A stretch of 56,501 nucleotides of DNA, the filler included, from Sluysia triapertura (Eukaryota): NCBI GenBank assembly GCA_046118255.1. It is 4 parts of 4 records of this genome, joined end to end, with 100 filler letters (N's around TTAATTAATTAA, not from the genome) between each part and the next. Parts side by side here need not be neighbours in the genome. Positions count along the whole stretch, not along the records: positions 13,883 to 29,626 come from JBJNIA010220356.1; 3 more parts are not named here. The stretch is one strand, 5' to 3'. This document shows positions 14,200 through 27,255 of this stretch, one piece after another. The stretch's first letter is position 1, and each line of letters opens with the position of its first letter. Below the pieces are notes generated by a model. That model was given only the letters and a program-made list of their open reading frames with translations, searched no databases and was not told the origin of the DNA. The position numbers and the translations under genes are program-made.

Positions 14200-15165
14200 A
14201 ATGTATGTGCACAATTTGTGGTATTGTCTTGATATTGACGACATCATTAGCCTTAAAACATTGATTAGAATATTTTGTTAAGTGAGGTTTTTATACCGAT
14301 GGAAAGGAAAAGGATTTGGGAGTCGAATAAATGGCCAAAATTGAAGCTTATTTTAACTAAATTGACTCAAGAAGAGATTGCCAAAAGGTAGATATTTCAT
14401 AAATCGTATGACTTTGCAGAAGCAGTTAGAGACTTGCGGAATTCACGTTAATACTAGAACATTAGAAGGAGACTTTTAGACTATGGTTTGCGAGCGAGAC
14501 GACTCAGAAGAAAGCCTAAGTTGACACCACGAATGATCAGTAAAAGGTTGATAATAGTCTGATCGGTTATCTGCATCCATGGTCCTGGCAGACCGTTCAT
14601 TGTTGATGGAATCAGCATCAATATAGGAATTTTCTTAAACAAAGCTTCTTCGGGTTCTGGAACGGTGAACACCAATTTATGCAGGATGGTACACTATGCG
14701 CAAGTTTCCCGATGCTAACCTGACCTGGAAACTCTCCAAGCGTGAATCCCATAGAAAATCTACCAAGACAGAACTTATTGAAACCCTGTTAAAAGTATGA
14801 CATATCGATGACGAGATCAAAGCTCCTCCGTGACATGCCTTTAAGGATCAGGAAGTTATTGGATAACAAAGGAGGGCAAACAAAGTACTGATACAACAAT
14901 TGGTACATATTTGATTTGTAGTAAATTGTGCCATCATTCTATATGAATAAAATTTCTGTATGTTTTGGATCTAGGTATTTTTATCTATTATTTTTCCTTC
15001 AGAAGAAAGTTTTGGAGAAAGTAGTACATTTTACATTTTCCGTGACAATTGTCGGTAAATGGCATATATTTATACACTTTTGATTAATAGTTTCTTAGTG
15101 TCCTTGAAAATTGTTGAATTTTATTACAAAATGGTCTTGAGTCTAATAATTTGGCCATCTATTTA
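14200..15165 (+). mobile_element. Degenerate Tc1-family (DD34E) transposon remnant
   Basis: Broken frames read TIRRRLLDYGLRARRLRRKPKLTPRMISKRL, FMQDG, WPGNSPSVNPIENL and DMPLRIRKLLDNKGGQTKY* (stop 14889-14891). A TIR-like right end CTAATAATTTGGCCATC lies at about 15143-15160. The left end is unclear. Confidence 0.85.
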
Positions 15166-17862
15166 TATGTCAGGTTATAAATAGATTAATTTCAATCAAT
15201 TTTAAAATAGTGTTTATGTGTGTTTATTATGTCAAATTGAATATATATTACAAATTATAGATGAACTATGTTTAGTTTAAAAATATATACGAATAATATT
15301 TTAAATCAATAAATTTATAAATAGAATTTTGATTTTGTGTAGTGTTACATTAACTAACGAAAAAACAAATGTCAAGGTCAGGTTAAAAGTAGTATATGAA
15401 GAATAATAATTATATTAGATCACACAGAAAAAATTCAGTAATTTTCTTTATAAATATTTATCAAAGAAGTATTGAAGAAATATATTATAATATTTGTAGA
15501 AAACTTGATTATTACTAAAGAAATATATTGTTGAAAAATATATTCTAATCCTTCGGAGATAATTTGAGATCAACTACTTGTATTCGTTAGTTAATTTTTG
15601 TATAGGTTTTAATTCGTTTTTAAAAGAACAGTAAATTCTACTTAATTTTAATAGTTAATTTAAAGAGATATTTTTAATTATCCAGTAAAAAAACCTTTAA
15701 TATCCCAAAAAGAACTTTATTAGTTATTTAATTTATATTCTGTAGAAACTTAAACTTATTAAATTTTTTATAAAAATAGAAACCGATTTTATCGGTAGTA
15801 AAATCAATTAAAACCGTTTTTAATAAAAAGAACGGTAGTAAATTTATTATCTATTTAAAACTTTTCGAGTAAAATATTATTTCCCTATAAAAATAGTTGC
15901 AATCTACTAAAAATATAATTGCCAATCGATCACTTAAAATAACTATTGACCTCCTTTAACTATCTTTTGTTTGCTACTTAAAACTTAGCCCTTAAGTGTG
16001 TAAGACTAAGATTGTAAGAGACTAACGTGAATTACATTTCACTAAAACCGTTTTAACTTTTTAAACAGAAAACTTTTTATTAAAATTATCCAGTAATTTT
16101 ATTATTTTCGACAATAAGGAAAAACAAATAAATAGACGAAGGTTTATTAAGATCAAAATGATAAAATATACTTTATTAAGAATAATAAAAAATATTAAAT
16201 ATAAAATATTGTTGCTAGAGTCGCTTAAATACTGATAATTCGAAAAACTGCAAACGGATAAAATCAGTCGTTAAGGTACCAAGTGCCTTAAATTTTAATT
16301 CCAATAAACGAATTGAATCTTTAAATTAAGACAAAACGTTGATAATGCTGGAGCAGAACTGGAATAGACTAATAACACTGGAGTAGACAAATAACTGTTA
16401 CTGTTTTCTCTGTTACCAATTTTTGTATATGAGTGTTGGGATTGTCTAGTTAGTGTGGTGACCAACCTATTACATTTAACAAAATTCATTAGAAATTTTC
16501 AGTTAAACATTACAAAGCCAGATTCACTTTCAAAATATACAATATACATTTTCAAAAATTCATTAAAAACATTTTTTACATAATCCTATGTCAGTATAAT
16601 CAAAATCATATGTTTCAATATAACATTCATCCTTAAAATATACAACTCACAATTTTAAATTCACAATTCAATACAAATACGACTAAAATCATAACCTTTT
16701 CAACACCACACCTTTTAGAATTCGTCAAAACCGTTTCTATATCTTATTTCTCTTCAGCTCCACCAAAATCAACCCCAATCTTTCAAAACATTTTAAATCT
16801 ACAATCTCATAACATACAAACCACAATGACATTCAAAACCATCAATTTACATTAAAAAGGTTCATCAAAAATATTTTATGCGTCATTTTTTAACAATCCA
16901 ACTACAACCACATTCGAAATTAACTACCAGACACCTTCAAATTAATTCAAACATTCTAAATTCATGGTCTGTTATCATATAATCCTCAGCAACACAGAAA
17001 GCAATATTACTTAAATATATCAAGAAAATAAATCACATTTTTAACATTGTATAATCACCTTGCGAACATTCCAAAAGCTAGACTATAACTTATCTTCTTT
17101 TCATCCTCGAAACTAGTCTCTTTCAACATATCTTTAACCCACAATCTACTAACATCTAAACATTATTTCATTCATAACATCAATGTATATTTAAAATCCA
17201 TGTAAAATATTTATATCATTTTTAAATACTTAAATCGTAAGTTTCTACATAATAACATTTAACCTTCACACATCATTAAAGATATTTGACTATTTTTAGT
17301 CGATTTAAATATGTTGAGAATAAATAAAAGGGTACAATGAAGATCGTGTTATAATTCAGATAAAATAAAAGGATTTATGTATTTTAGGATAGTAATAATA
17401 ATAATAATAATAACATTCTTTGTTATTATTATTATCACCATTTTTAATTTTTATCATTTTTATCTCAATTTAATTTTGTCTTGTAATTTATTAATTTAGT
17501 AACTACCTCTACAGTGGTGACTGCATTAATTTACACTTACAGTCATTGTCACTGTCATTGACAGTGGTTTGCATGTCAATCAGTTGACTTTTAATCATTA
17601 TTACTGGTTGTCCAACCAGAGTTATTCTCATCACTATTTTTATATTCCTTTGGTTGGACGGCCAATCAAGTTTATTTTTTAATGCAGCCAATCCAGACAC
17701 AGACAGAGAATTTAGTAACACAAAAATTTATTTTCGTAACTCACAAATTTGTTTGATGACTGAAAAATCAATTTAATTGTAGCTCACAAAATTATTATTT
17801 TAATTCAAATTTATTCATAATAAATAAGGCAGTTTTTCATCATTTTATTAAAGTTAAATTAA

Positions 17863-19251
17863 ATGACTCAAAAGAAGTCAATGACAGAAGAATTCAATAA
17901 ATTTGTACAAGCTATATTAACGTATAAAGAAAGTAGAAACTTTCAAGAAATATCGGATTTTATTTATTCATTTAATTGCTGTCCTGACATAGAACCGATA
18001 CTCTTTTATCAGCAACTTAGATGTGCATCTATTATGTTCGTAAAATTTAATATACCCAAGCTGAATTTTGATTATGAATTTGATTATAAATTTTCTTGAA
18101 TACCGGCACGACCTTAGTAATCCCGTTACAAGTATTGGTTACATTAGAATTTGGTTTCGGCACGTTATCCATGAATCAACCTTAAATCGTTATAGTGAAT
18201 CAGTAAAATATAATACGAAATTTTTGAATCGTTTTTATCCTAAGAGTTTATTTCTAAGAGATCTTGAAATGGTTGAAATATTTCACGCATTGTTAAAGTC
18301 GATCAAAGATTTGCATTCCCAGTTAAATACAATATCACCTTTAGTAAATATGTGGTTTAATTCAGATGCGTTAAAATTAGTAGACTTAGATGTGAACAAT
18401 ACCGCTATTGATTCGTTCGAAGTTCTTAATGTCGATGATGAATCAATGAATATGGAATCTATTATAATTAGCGATGATGATGACAATTTTTCTCAAATCA
18501 TACAAATGCAATTCCCAGTTCTAATTCACATTATGACGGAGATGAACGATTACACTGAGAATATACATCACCAAACTATGCGAACGATTATGAAGCTATT
18601 TTACAGAAAGCAAAGAAAATACCTAGAATCATTATGGTAGTTTACATCATTATAAGTTCCAAGACGGCTTGCGATCGGAGAAATGCACAAACGCTATAAA
18701 CGCACCAAATTCGAATGAACTTATCAAAAAGGCATTCTGCCTATTCAATAGCGATCAAAGCGGGATTTGTATCAAGTCCGGGATCTAGTGCCAATATGTC
18801 CACGCAGTCAACCAATTAGTATCTACCTATGTTGAAAACTTATACTATGATGACCATCTTTCTAGAATTGAAAATCTTCTCAGAAGTTTCGGATCGTCAG
18901 CTCAAGGTACGTCAAATAACAATTTATGTTTAGATAAACAAAAAGTAAATAATTTCTGTCATTTTTTTGATGCTACTAAATTCTTTTATTTTTATTCAGA
19001 TAGTGAAATGTGGATCTCAATCAAAGTCATTTTTAAAATATAAAATTGTTACAAATAAATTTTGTGCTTTTTACTCCTTGATCTTTATTGATTATTTTAA
19101 AAGTTCTTATTATCATATAAATTCAAAAAATAGAAGTTTTTTTAAGATATGTAAATTAAATTTAATTCAAAAGTTAAATTTTAACTTAAAGATTACAAAT
19201 GTGAAACAACCACAACACACCATAAAAGTATATAGAATTTTCAGACAGTAG
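17863..19251 (+). pseudogene. Chimeric RUN-domain + CCCH zinc finger + family C-terminus pseudogene (frameshifts, one in-finger stop)
   Basis: VTSIGYIRIWFRHVIHESTLNRY...FLNRFYPKSLFLRD matches the RUN-domain C-terminal blocks. CLFNSDQSGICIKSGI*CQYVH lies at 18738-18803. The downstream HLSRIENLLRSF...DKQKVNNF...EMWISI aligns with ORF 27256. Confidence 0.75.
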
Positions 19252-20181
19252 TTCACAATATTACGATGAATTTTCAGATAATAGTTGACAGATATTTGGT
19301 AAAGTATTGGGGACAGTATTTGATACATTATTTAACACAGTATCTCATACAAATTTTGGACCGCACAGATTATTATTAGTGGAATTCGTTCGAGTATTCT
19401 GAACTTTATTAATTGTATCAAACATTGAAAGTAATTGTAATTATTATTGCATTTCTGTCTGAAAAATTAAAATATTTTATTTTATTAACATTAAAATTTA
19501 TCATTATTAAACTATTTGCTATTTTCTATTTTGTTGTTATTAAGTGTTTATATCTTTGTTGAATAAAATTTCTTGTGATTTCATTGCTTTATTAATTAAT
19601 TGTTAAGTATAAAGAGAGAACCGTAAAGGAAATATAAAACAAAATAGAATAACATAAAATAAAGCAAGACGAAATAATATTTACTCTTATAACAATTAAA
19701 GTCAAAGTTGAGTATCCTCGCAAAAAAAACAAAATAAATAGAACCAAAAAACTTACTTGCGTTTCCATTCCCGGTCATCTGAATTATTATTATTATTAAA
19801 AGTAATAATACGATTTAAATTTAATGTTTGATAGTAAATGTAAGCACAATTAAAGTTAAAAATTCGTAATTTTTATTAAATAAAATAAAAATTTTTATAA
19901 TACAGATTACAAGACTTAAAGAGTTGTAGGATAAGGATAAGATTCAAGTAAATAAAAGTGTATTACAATTTAAACTGATGATAAGTATTTAACTTATGAT
20001 TAAATAAGATTTTTCTTATCAGGTGCTTCTGACATATTAATATATTACTTTTAAATAATTTTTAAATAACAATCAATTGTTGACTTTATTCAACTTTTCA
20101 AATTGTTAATCTAAATCCAGTAATTTTTTAAGCTACTGTTTTTAATTTGTAATTACTAGTTACGCTGTAAAATTAATCATG

Positions 20182-20290
20182 ATTGGGCGCCCAATAATGA
20201 TAATGTAGAAAAATAGCATTGATTGGACGTCCAATCAAACAAAATAATTGCTGATTGTGTTGTGTACATAGTAGTGATTGGATATCCAAT
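20182..20290. promoter_or_regulatory. Three perfect ATTGG-N4-CCAAT palindromes (inverted CCAAT boxes)
   Basis: ATTGGGCGCCCAAT at 20182-20195, TTGATTGGACGTCCAATCAA at 20219-20238, ATTGGATATCCAAT at 20277-20290. Confidence 0.7.
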
Positions 20291-21141
20291 TATATTTGCT
20301 ACTACCTCTCACAATTACAATTGATAGTAACCGTCAGTGATGGCAGTCAATAATCCAAACAAATCTAAAAACTGTCATTGCTGACAATATGCATAGTGGT
20401 AGAAACCACAAAACATGTATTGATAAATAATGTTAATGATTTAAATTAATAATAATAAAATTGAAAAATAATGATAAAAATAAAAAATAATTAATATATA
20501 ATAATAAAAAAATAAGTAATAAAATAATAATAATAAAATTATATAAAAACACATAATAGACCTTGCTTTTCCCTTATTTACATAAAACTCTTCTAAAATT
20601 CCAAAAATAAAATAAAAATGAGAACAATGATAAATAATACGAAGCATAAAAATTCTTTTTAATTTCACATTTAATTTCACAAAAAGGAGAATGCAAAAGA
20701 AATTGATAAAAGAATGTGTAAAGAAACGTGATAACGTGATTAAAAATGTTAAAGAAATTCTATTTTGATTGCAGTGTTTAAAAATGATTTTGAACTGAGA
20801 ATTTAAAGTTTTTCAATGATGTTAATGATTGAGTGTTGAAGAATTGTAAATTTGAAATGTTTTGGATTAACATTAAAATGTACATTTGATAATTTTAGAT
20901 GTAAATTGTGATTTTAATGTTGTGAAATTCTGAATTAAAATGATCAAAAGTATTTAATATTTTAATGAGTCTGAAAAGTAATATGTAAAATGTTAAGAAA
21001 AGTGATATTTAATGTATAATAATGATTTGATTTTTAAATAAAAAGGTTGGCAACCACACATGGAAACTGAAAAATAATTGCAATTCCTTGAATACACTAA
21101 AAAGATAAAGTTTAAAATGGTATCCACATTTCCAATATAGT

Positions 21142-22400
21142 TGTAGCGACCAACCTTAATAACCACTAAAATTTTGTTGTAAATCAACATCTTTTCCTTT
21201 TCATTTCGTTACATCTCAACAGTTATACATTCATCTATTCACAATTCCACAAAATCTAAATCCAAATTATATTAACTAATTCACCAAAAACATTACTCGA
21301 CATTCTCAATAATCCAACAACAAACTCATCCATTTAATACTTTCGAACCCTTTATTTTATACTACACTCTAACAATCAATACCTAATAATTCATAACATT
21401 TATTCAATAGTTTATTTGCTCAAACTAAGTCACAATTATAAACTTATAACACAAAAACCACAACGACATCTAATACCATTCCATAACACCAATAAATCTA
21501 CTCGAAACGCATAAAATACCCAATTCACACCTTCGAATCAATTGCAACGTTTCAAATGCACTATTCATCTATGCATAATCATCATTAATACAAATCTACA
21601 ACACCAAAAACATTAAACAAATTAATTACACAAAACATAGTATACACACCTTAAATATACAAAGAGTTGTATTGCAATTGTTCTTAGATTCATTAAATTA
21701 CAATCTTCTCAATAAACCGTTTATACCCGATATCTCAATACTTAAACCTTATTTTTAATTTTTAACTTCAATCAATATTTAAGAACTTATTCTAACATCC
21801 TCTATTTCATTTTTGACTTAACTCATTTATCATATCTTTAAAAGTTAAATATATTTATCAAATCTTTCAAAACAATCCTTACTCAGAAAGTTAGTTTCAA
21901 ATACATTTTAACTTATTTCAACACGCTAAACCTTTCAAGAATTTAAGCTAAATCTAATACAGTTTTAAAGAATTCAATTTTATACAGTGAGATAACAACG
22001 ATAACTCGAGCATTATACACCCTGTTATCGTTGCTATTTCACTCATTTCCATCAATTTTTATTTAATTTCTTTTGTTACCTTTTATATGTTAAGAACTAA
22101 GAATTAAGAAAGAGAATATCGTTTCTGAAAAAAAGGAAAGTTTATGTGTTATTTTGCTTTTTTTGTTTTAGTAATAATAATAATAATACTGTTGTTATTA
22201 TTGTCAGTCATTAAATTAATTATTATTAAAATTTTTATGCATTTTATAAAGTTGTTACTACTATCACCAGTGTCAACACTGATGATGGCTATTCATATCT
22301 AATTTTGTCTGCACAATTTAATCAATAATTTTTACATGACACCCAATCAGAGCTAATATTGTCTCAAATTCTGTTTGAAAGCTCTGATTCGATGACCAAC
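21142..22400 (+). repeat. Terminal module 5 (right-pointing), terminus TGTAGCGACCAACCT
   Basis: It carries the terminus motif, a C-rich arm, the conserved block at 22085-22150 and a palindrome at 22260-22290. The pair CCAATCAGAGC/GCTCTGATTCG at 22343-22391 is the same as in module 2. Confidence 0.72.
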
Positions 22401-22479
22401 AAAAACACATTAAAAGATAGTAGAATTGTAAAAGTGCTAAAAATGGAAACAATGTAATACACAATTTTTTGGTAACAAG

Positions 22480-23290
22480 CTAAAAACACAAAAAATGAAA
22501 CAGAACAAGATTTACTTAAATTTTAAGTCTCATGATAAATCGTGGCTACATTCAAACAGAAATATACTGTAATAATCGAAATTGGCAACCTAACCAAGTG
22601 ATCCCAACTATCATCTTAAGAAGTTATGAATTATCACATTTAATGTCTCATGTGAATCAACCAACGTTTTATAAATCCCACTCCTGACACCACTCCAAAA
22701 TGAACATAATGTCAGATTCAGAACAATCATCATCAAAACATTAGCAATGATTTTTAAATTACAAAATTCGAAAACGATATCATTAAATCTATTATCGTTA
22801 AGATTACTATTTTAGTCATTAATTTTATATATTCAATGAAAAAATGATGTAAAATATTATGTTGGCACTAAGGCGCTCAAAAGGCATTACTCGACTTAAT
22901 CGTTAACCTAAAATCATTTAATTGGCTAATTAAAGCATAAGGCGAAGATAAAGTTTCATTAAACATTAAGTTTTCAATTATAAAGAATATTAATCAAGTT
23001 GATATTAAATCAATTGGTATTACTATCTCTTCATGATCGTCGTATATAGACTTCAAAACTGTACTCTTTAATTTTGTATTTATAACGCAATCAAACATTT
23101 ATTAAATAGTGTTTATTCCCTCAATTAATACTTTTAAAATATCACACTTTAAAGTTTAGAGTTTATTTTAAAACCCTTCAATTGAAGTTGAATCAATAAA
23201 TTATGTGATAAATCAATATCTTTTAAATTCGTTAAGTCATAAAATGCAGTTAAACTTAATTTTACTTTCACATAAATTGAAAATAACTCG
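22480..23290 (+). pseudogene. Heavily decayed copy of ORF 'X'
   Basis: The fragments NYHLKKL*IITFNV..NQRFI, NIMLALRRSKGITRL, SIRRR and VYFKTLQLKL are collinear with DAHLQHVKHLIVSNV..SNRFI, KNMMGLPTSAERYRL, SIRGR and RYFKTINLEL of 12709-11416. Confidence 0.5.
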
Positions 23291-24979
23291 ATATTGTTAA
23301 TATTAAAAAAATATACTTAATACTTGATATAAGAAATTTTTTGTCATAATAATACATTCAGACCATTCAATGTTATATTATTGAGTTAAGATTTACTCAA
23401 CAATATCTAAAAAACTGTGCATGATCAAAAGACGTAAAATATACAATATCTTTCCTAATTTGATGTGAAATAATAGAACAATTTATGAGAAAAGTAATTG
23501 TAAATAACTGCAATTATTTAGAATTATTTTTAAACAATTTATATGAAAAGCAGTAAAATAATCATTGTAAATAGTTGTAATTATAAATAATTATTTTTAT
23601 GAAACTAAACTGAAAATTATTGAATAAATAAAATAATTTGATAATCATTGAAAATGATAATAGCACCAATTATTGTTTTTTAAAAAAAATTATAATTGTA
23701 GATATAATTACAAAAATTGTTTCATGATAAATAAAATAATAATTATCTAAAAATAGCAACGAGAGAGACAATAAAGTAATTTCAGATACTGATATCTCCA
23801 GATGGAACAAAAAAGGAACCAAGAATCCAGATATAATTTTGTTAATTTCTGTGAAATCCTCTGGCAGATTTACTTAGGATAAACAAGATATTAAGTAAGG
23901 TATTTGTGTACAACTTATCGTTGTCTCGCTTGTAGTAATAATAAACTAATTAGTATTGTTTAATTACTTCACATAATAGGATCCGAATAACACAAGTTAG
24001 TTAAATAAAACTAGTTGAAATAAGGATTTAGTAGATCACATTAATATCGTACAGTACAATTATAGAACTACTTAACTTTAGATCCTATCTGCTTGTTTCT
24101 TCCTAGGAAGTGTGAAATAAAACGAGAAATTAAAGCAAGTTATTCGAAAATGAAAATAAAACATCTTTTACCAACTCCAATGACATCAGAATTACATTCT
24201 TAAATAATGCCATTCGTCAACTTCATTTTCGAATACCTCTAAAGTTTTTAAATTGATTTTAATATTAAAATCATTATGATTCATCATTTTGATAAATAAA
24301 TTTGATTTTATCTAAGATAATTTAACAAAATTATTTAATCCGTTTTCTTCGATACGCTCGGATAATTAATAATTACATTATTATATATTATGTAAGTAGC
24401 AATATGTACGGAAATAATATTTTCTTGCTTAATGAGAACCAAATTTAATAATACAAATTAACAGTAGACTATAATTTATGATAATCTAAAATTCATCATT
24501 AATATTATTAAGTAAAAAATATCTTTAATTTTGAAATAATGATACCATGGTGACGATAACTTATATTTTAGAAAGAAATAATCAAGTTGATAAGTGTTTT
24601 TTACTAAATGAAAATAAAGATAATTTTATTTATACTATTTATTAGCGCTAATAAATTCATAAAATTAAATTTAGTTCTTGAGTGTTTATTTTATTACGGA
24701 TATTTGCACTAATAAAAGTGATGTTAATGATGGTTGAAGAGTAATAAAAATGAAAATTCAAGATAAGTGAAGATTTAATGAAGATGTAGTTATAGACATG
24801 ACATGAAATCGTGAAGGTGATTTATGGTCATTGTAAATATTAATATACAATTTATATGTATACATTCGAAATACAAAATGAATTCAATTTAATATTCTAT
24901 TAAATTTCAAAAATTTAAAATTCAAATTCAAAATTGCTTTTGCAAGCAGAAAGCAAAATATTATAAGCAAAACGTAAAT

Positions 24980-25750
24980 CATAAGATCTCAAGTAAGGTT
25001 TAGGGATCACCCAACCATTCTGATTTATTGTTTGTAAAACTCTTTCTTCAACATAAAATTCGAGCTTATAACATTGTTGAAAATCTTATAAATTTGCACC
25101 AAAGACATCCTGGCAAGTGTCCGTCCCAAATGAATGATTTTAAAGTCTACTCATTGATTTGTGATAATAAAGATCCAATTAAGTTCATTCGGTCTAACAG
25201 AAATAATGTTAGTTATCGTTGTTATTTTTCTAGAACAGTTTTCTGCGCATTCTTCCTATGGATATCATAGAATCTTGTGAACGTCATTTCATAAGCACGG
25301 AAAAGTTTAATGATAATGTGTCATCGTATTTAAAAAATCGACTTATTTTACAAGTTTAAAGCTATATAATTTATCCCTTGCATTTTGAATTCGATTAAAA
25401 AGGATTTATAAAAATGGTTCGTATAGTTTAATCTTTATGGGGTTGATCAAACTAATAATTTTGCTTATACTCGAATATGATTATAACTGAATAAACAATA
25501 TAAACAGTGACAGAATAAATTCAAAGCATTGAAACTTTAAAAGTAATTAATATAGTTTAATTTATAATTTATCGACGTATCTAAACCGTTGAAAAAACGT
25601 ATATATAAAGTTTAAGTAATAATGTTAATCTTATATTAAATCAGACAAAAACATATAAATTGGAACTAATGTTATCAATATTAAAATTCAAAAGTATCGA
25701 ATATGACAATTTAGGAAATAAAATTGATGAATTAGTATCCAGAAAGTTCG
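24980..25750 (+). pseudogene. Possible further decayed copy of ORF 'X'
   Basis: LQHKIRAYNIVENLINLHQR resembles LQHVKHLIVSNVKENWVYVSNR. The remainder is only weakly alignable by eye. Confidence 0.3.
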
Positions 25751-25893
25751 ATTACAAAGTGAAGATTATATTTGTAAGACAAAATTGTGAGATAACAATT
25801 AATATATATATATATAGATTCTTTTTTAATTAACCAATAACTACAAGTCCTCTTTATTTACGAATTAAAGTCTAGAGTATAAAGCCTACTAAA

Positions 25894-25904
25894 ATTATTA
25901 TTAC

Positions 25905-25951
<47 letters not shown>
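25894..25951. repeat. (ATT)n microsatellite
   Basis: Direct reading. Confidence 0.95.
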
Positions 25952-26299
25952 GTAAAGACGTTAGTTTTTTTCTTTATTTTATTTTCGTTTTTAGATCCTG
26001 ACATTGTTATTATTATAATTACTTTATTTATCAATATCATTGTTATTATTGTACTTGTTACATTAATTGATATTATTGTAACTGTAATCAAAATAAATGC
26101 AAAATATGATATTATGGAATATGTGCATCAGTCCCAAAGATTAAAAAAGGAATCTCAAACAACATCTAATGTAAAAGAATTAATTTCTTATTAGTCAAGC
26201 AAGAGTATAATTCAAAATTATGATGGTAATTGCTAAATGCTTACATTATGAAATTACGTACATTTCTTGGAGATTAACATTTGGAAACCGGGGATGACA

Positions 26300-27200
26300 A
26301 CACAACATATCACACTCACCTTCAAAATCTACAATCCACAATTTTAAATTCATCATGAACACCTTCTTACATAGTTCAATATTAACATAACCAAAATTAT
26401 ATCTTTATTCAACATCACACAATTACCTTTTAGAATGTGCCAAACATAGTCTATATTTATCTTCTTCACTTTCACTCAACCACACTCTTTTTAATGCATT
26501 TTAAAGTCACAACCTACCAACAACCTACTTTCATTCAAAACATTTACATTTATAATCCATTTTATATATTCATATTATTTCAAAATATTTAAATCATAGG
26601 CTTTCAACGATTGAACTCATCTTCAGCCAAAAACACTTACTGGTATTTAAAATTACATTTAAAACGTTTTACGAATTATCTTATAACACTAGAATCACAA
26701 CTACACCGTAAAATTTCATTGCAACAACATACGTTCATCATATCCTGACATTTAACCGCAGACATCTTAAGACAATTAACTTTTAAGAAACTAGATTTAA
26801 TATGTCCAGAAATAAACTAAACAAAGTAAGATCGTGTAAGAATTCAAAGAATTTATGTAGTTATAACATTGTGTTATTATTATTATTATCATTTTTATTA
26901 TTACCATTTTATTTTTATCAATTTTAATTTAACTTCGTTATTTAATCAGTGATTACCACTATCAATGGTGACACTGTTAGTTGCCATGTGTGAATTCTTG
27001 TCACCATTGATGGTGGTTGACTTTTCAACATAAAAATAATTTGTATTATTACTGGTTCTCTTCATTATTTTTATATCTACGGTTGGACAGCCAATCCAGT
27101 CACAGTACAAAAATACAATTTTTATTTGGCTCTTATTGATTGAATAAAAATGTATAACTACAATTTTAAAAATACCTAATAAAACTAGCCAATAGTAATT
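26300..27200 (+). repeat. Terminal module 6 (right-pointing, outer terminus missing)
   Basis: 26320-26520 aligns with 16630-16810. Conserved block at 26800-26865, palindromes at 26945-27020, GTTGGACAGCCAAT at 27082-27095. Confidence 0.72.
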
Positions 27201-27255
27201 AGTCATAATTAAAGGTAGTTAATCGTTAATTGTCTGTGATTTTCATTTATTATAA

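Larger units (their letters stand above)
16454..21058. mobile_element. Putative ~4.6-kb non-autonomous element bounded by inward-facing modules 3 (16454-17700) and 4 (20175-21058)
   Basis: The ends are TGTGGTGACCAACCT and AGGTTGGCAACCACA (inverted, 13/15). The C-rich and G-rich arms are mirror images, and both end in CCAAT palindromes. No transposase inside and no clean target-site duplication (TTAG vs CATG). Confidence 0.55.
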
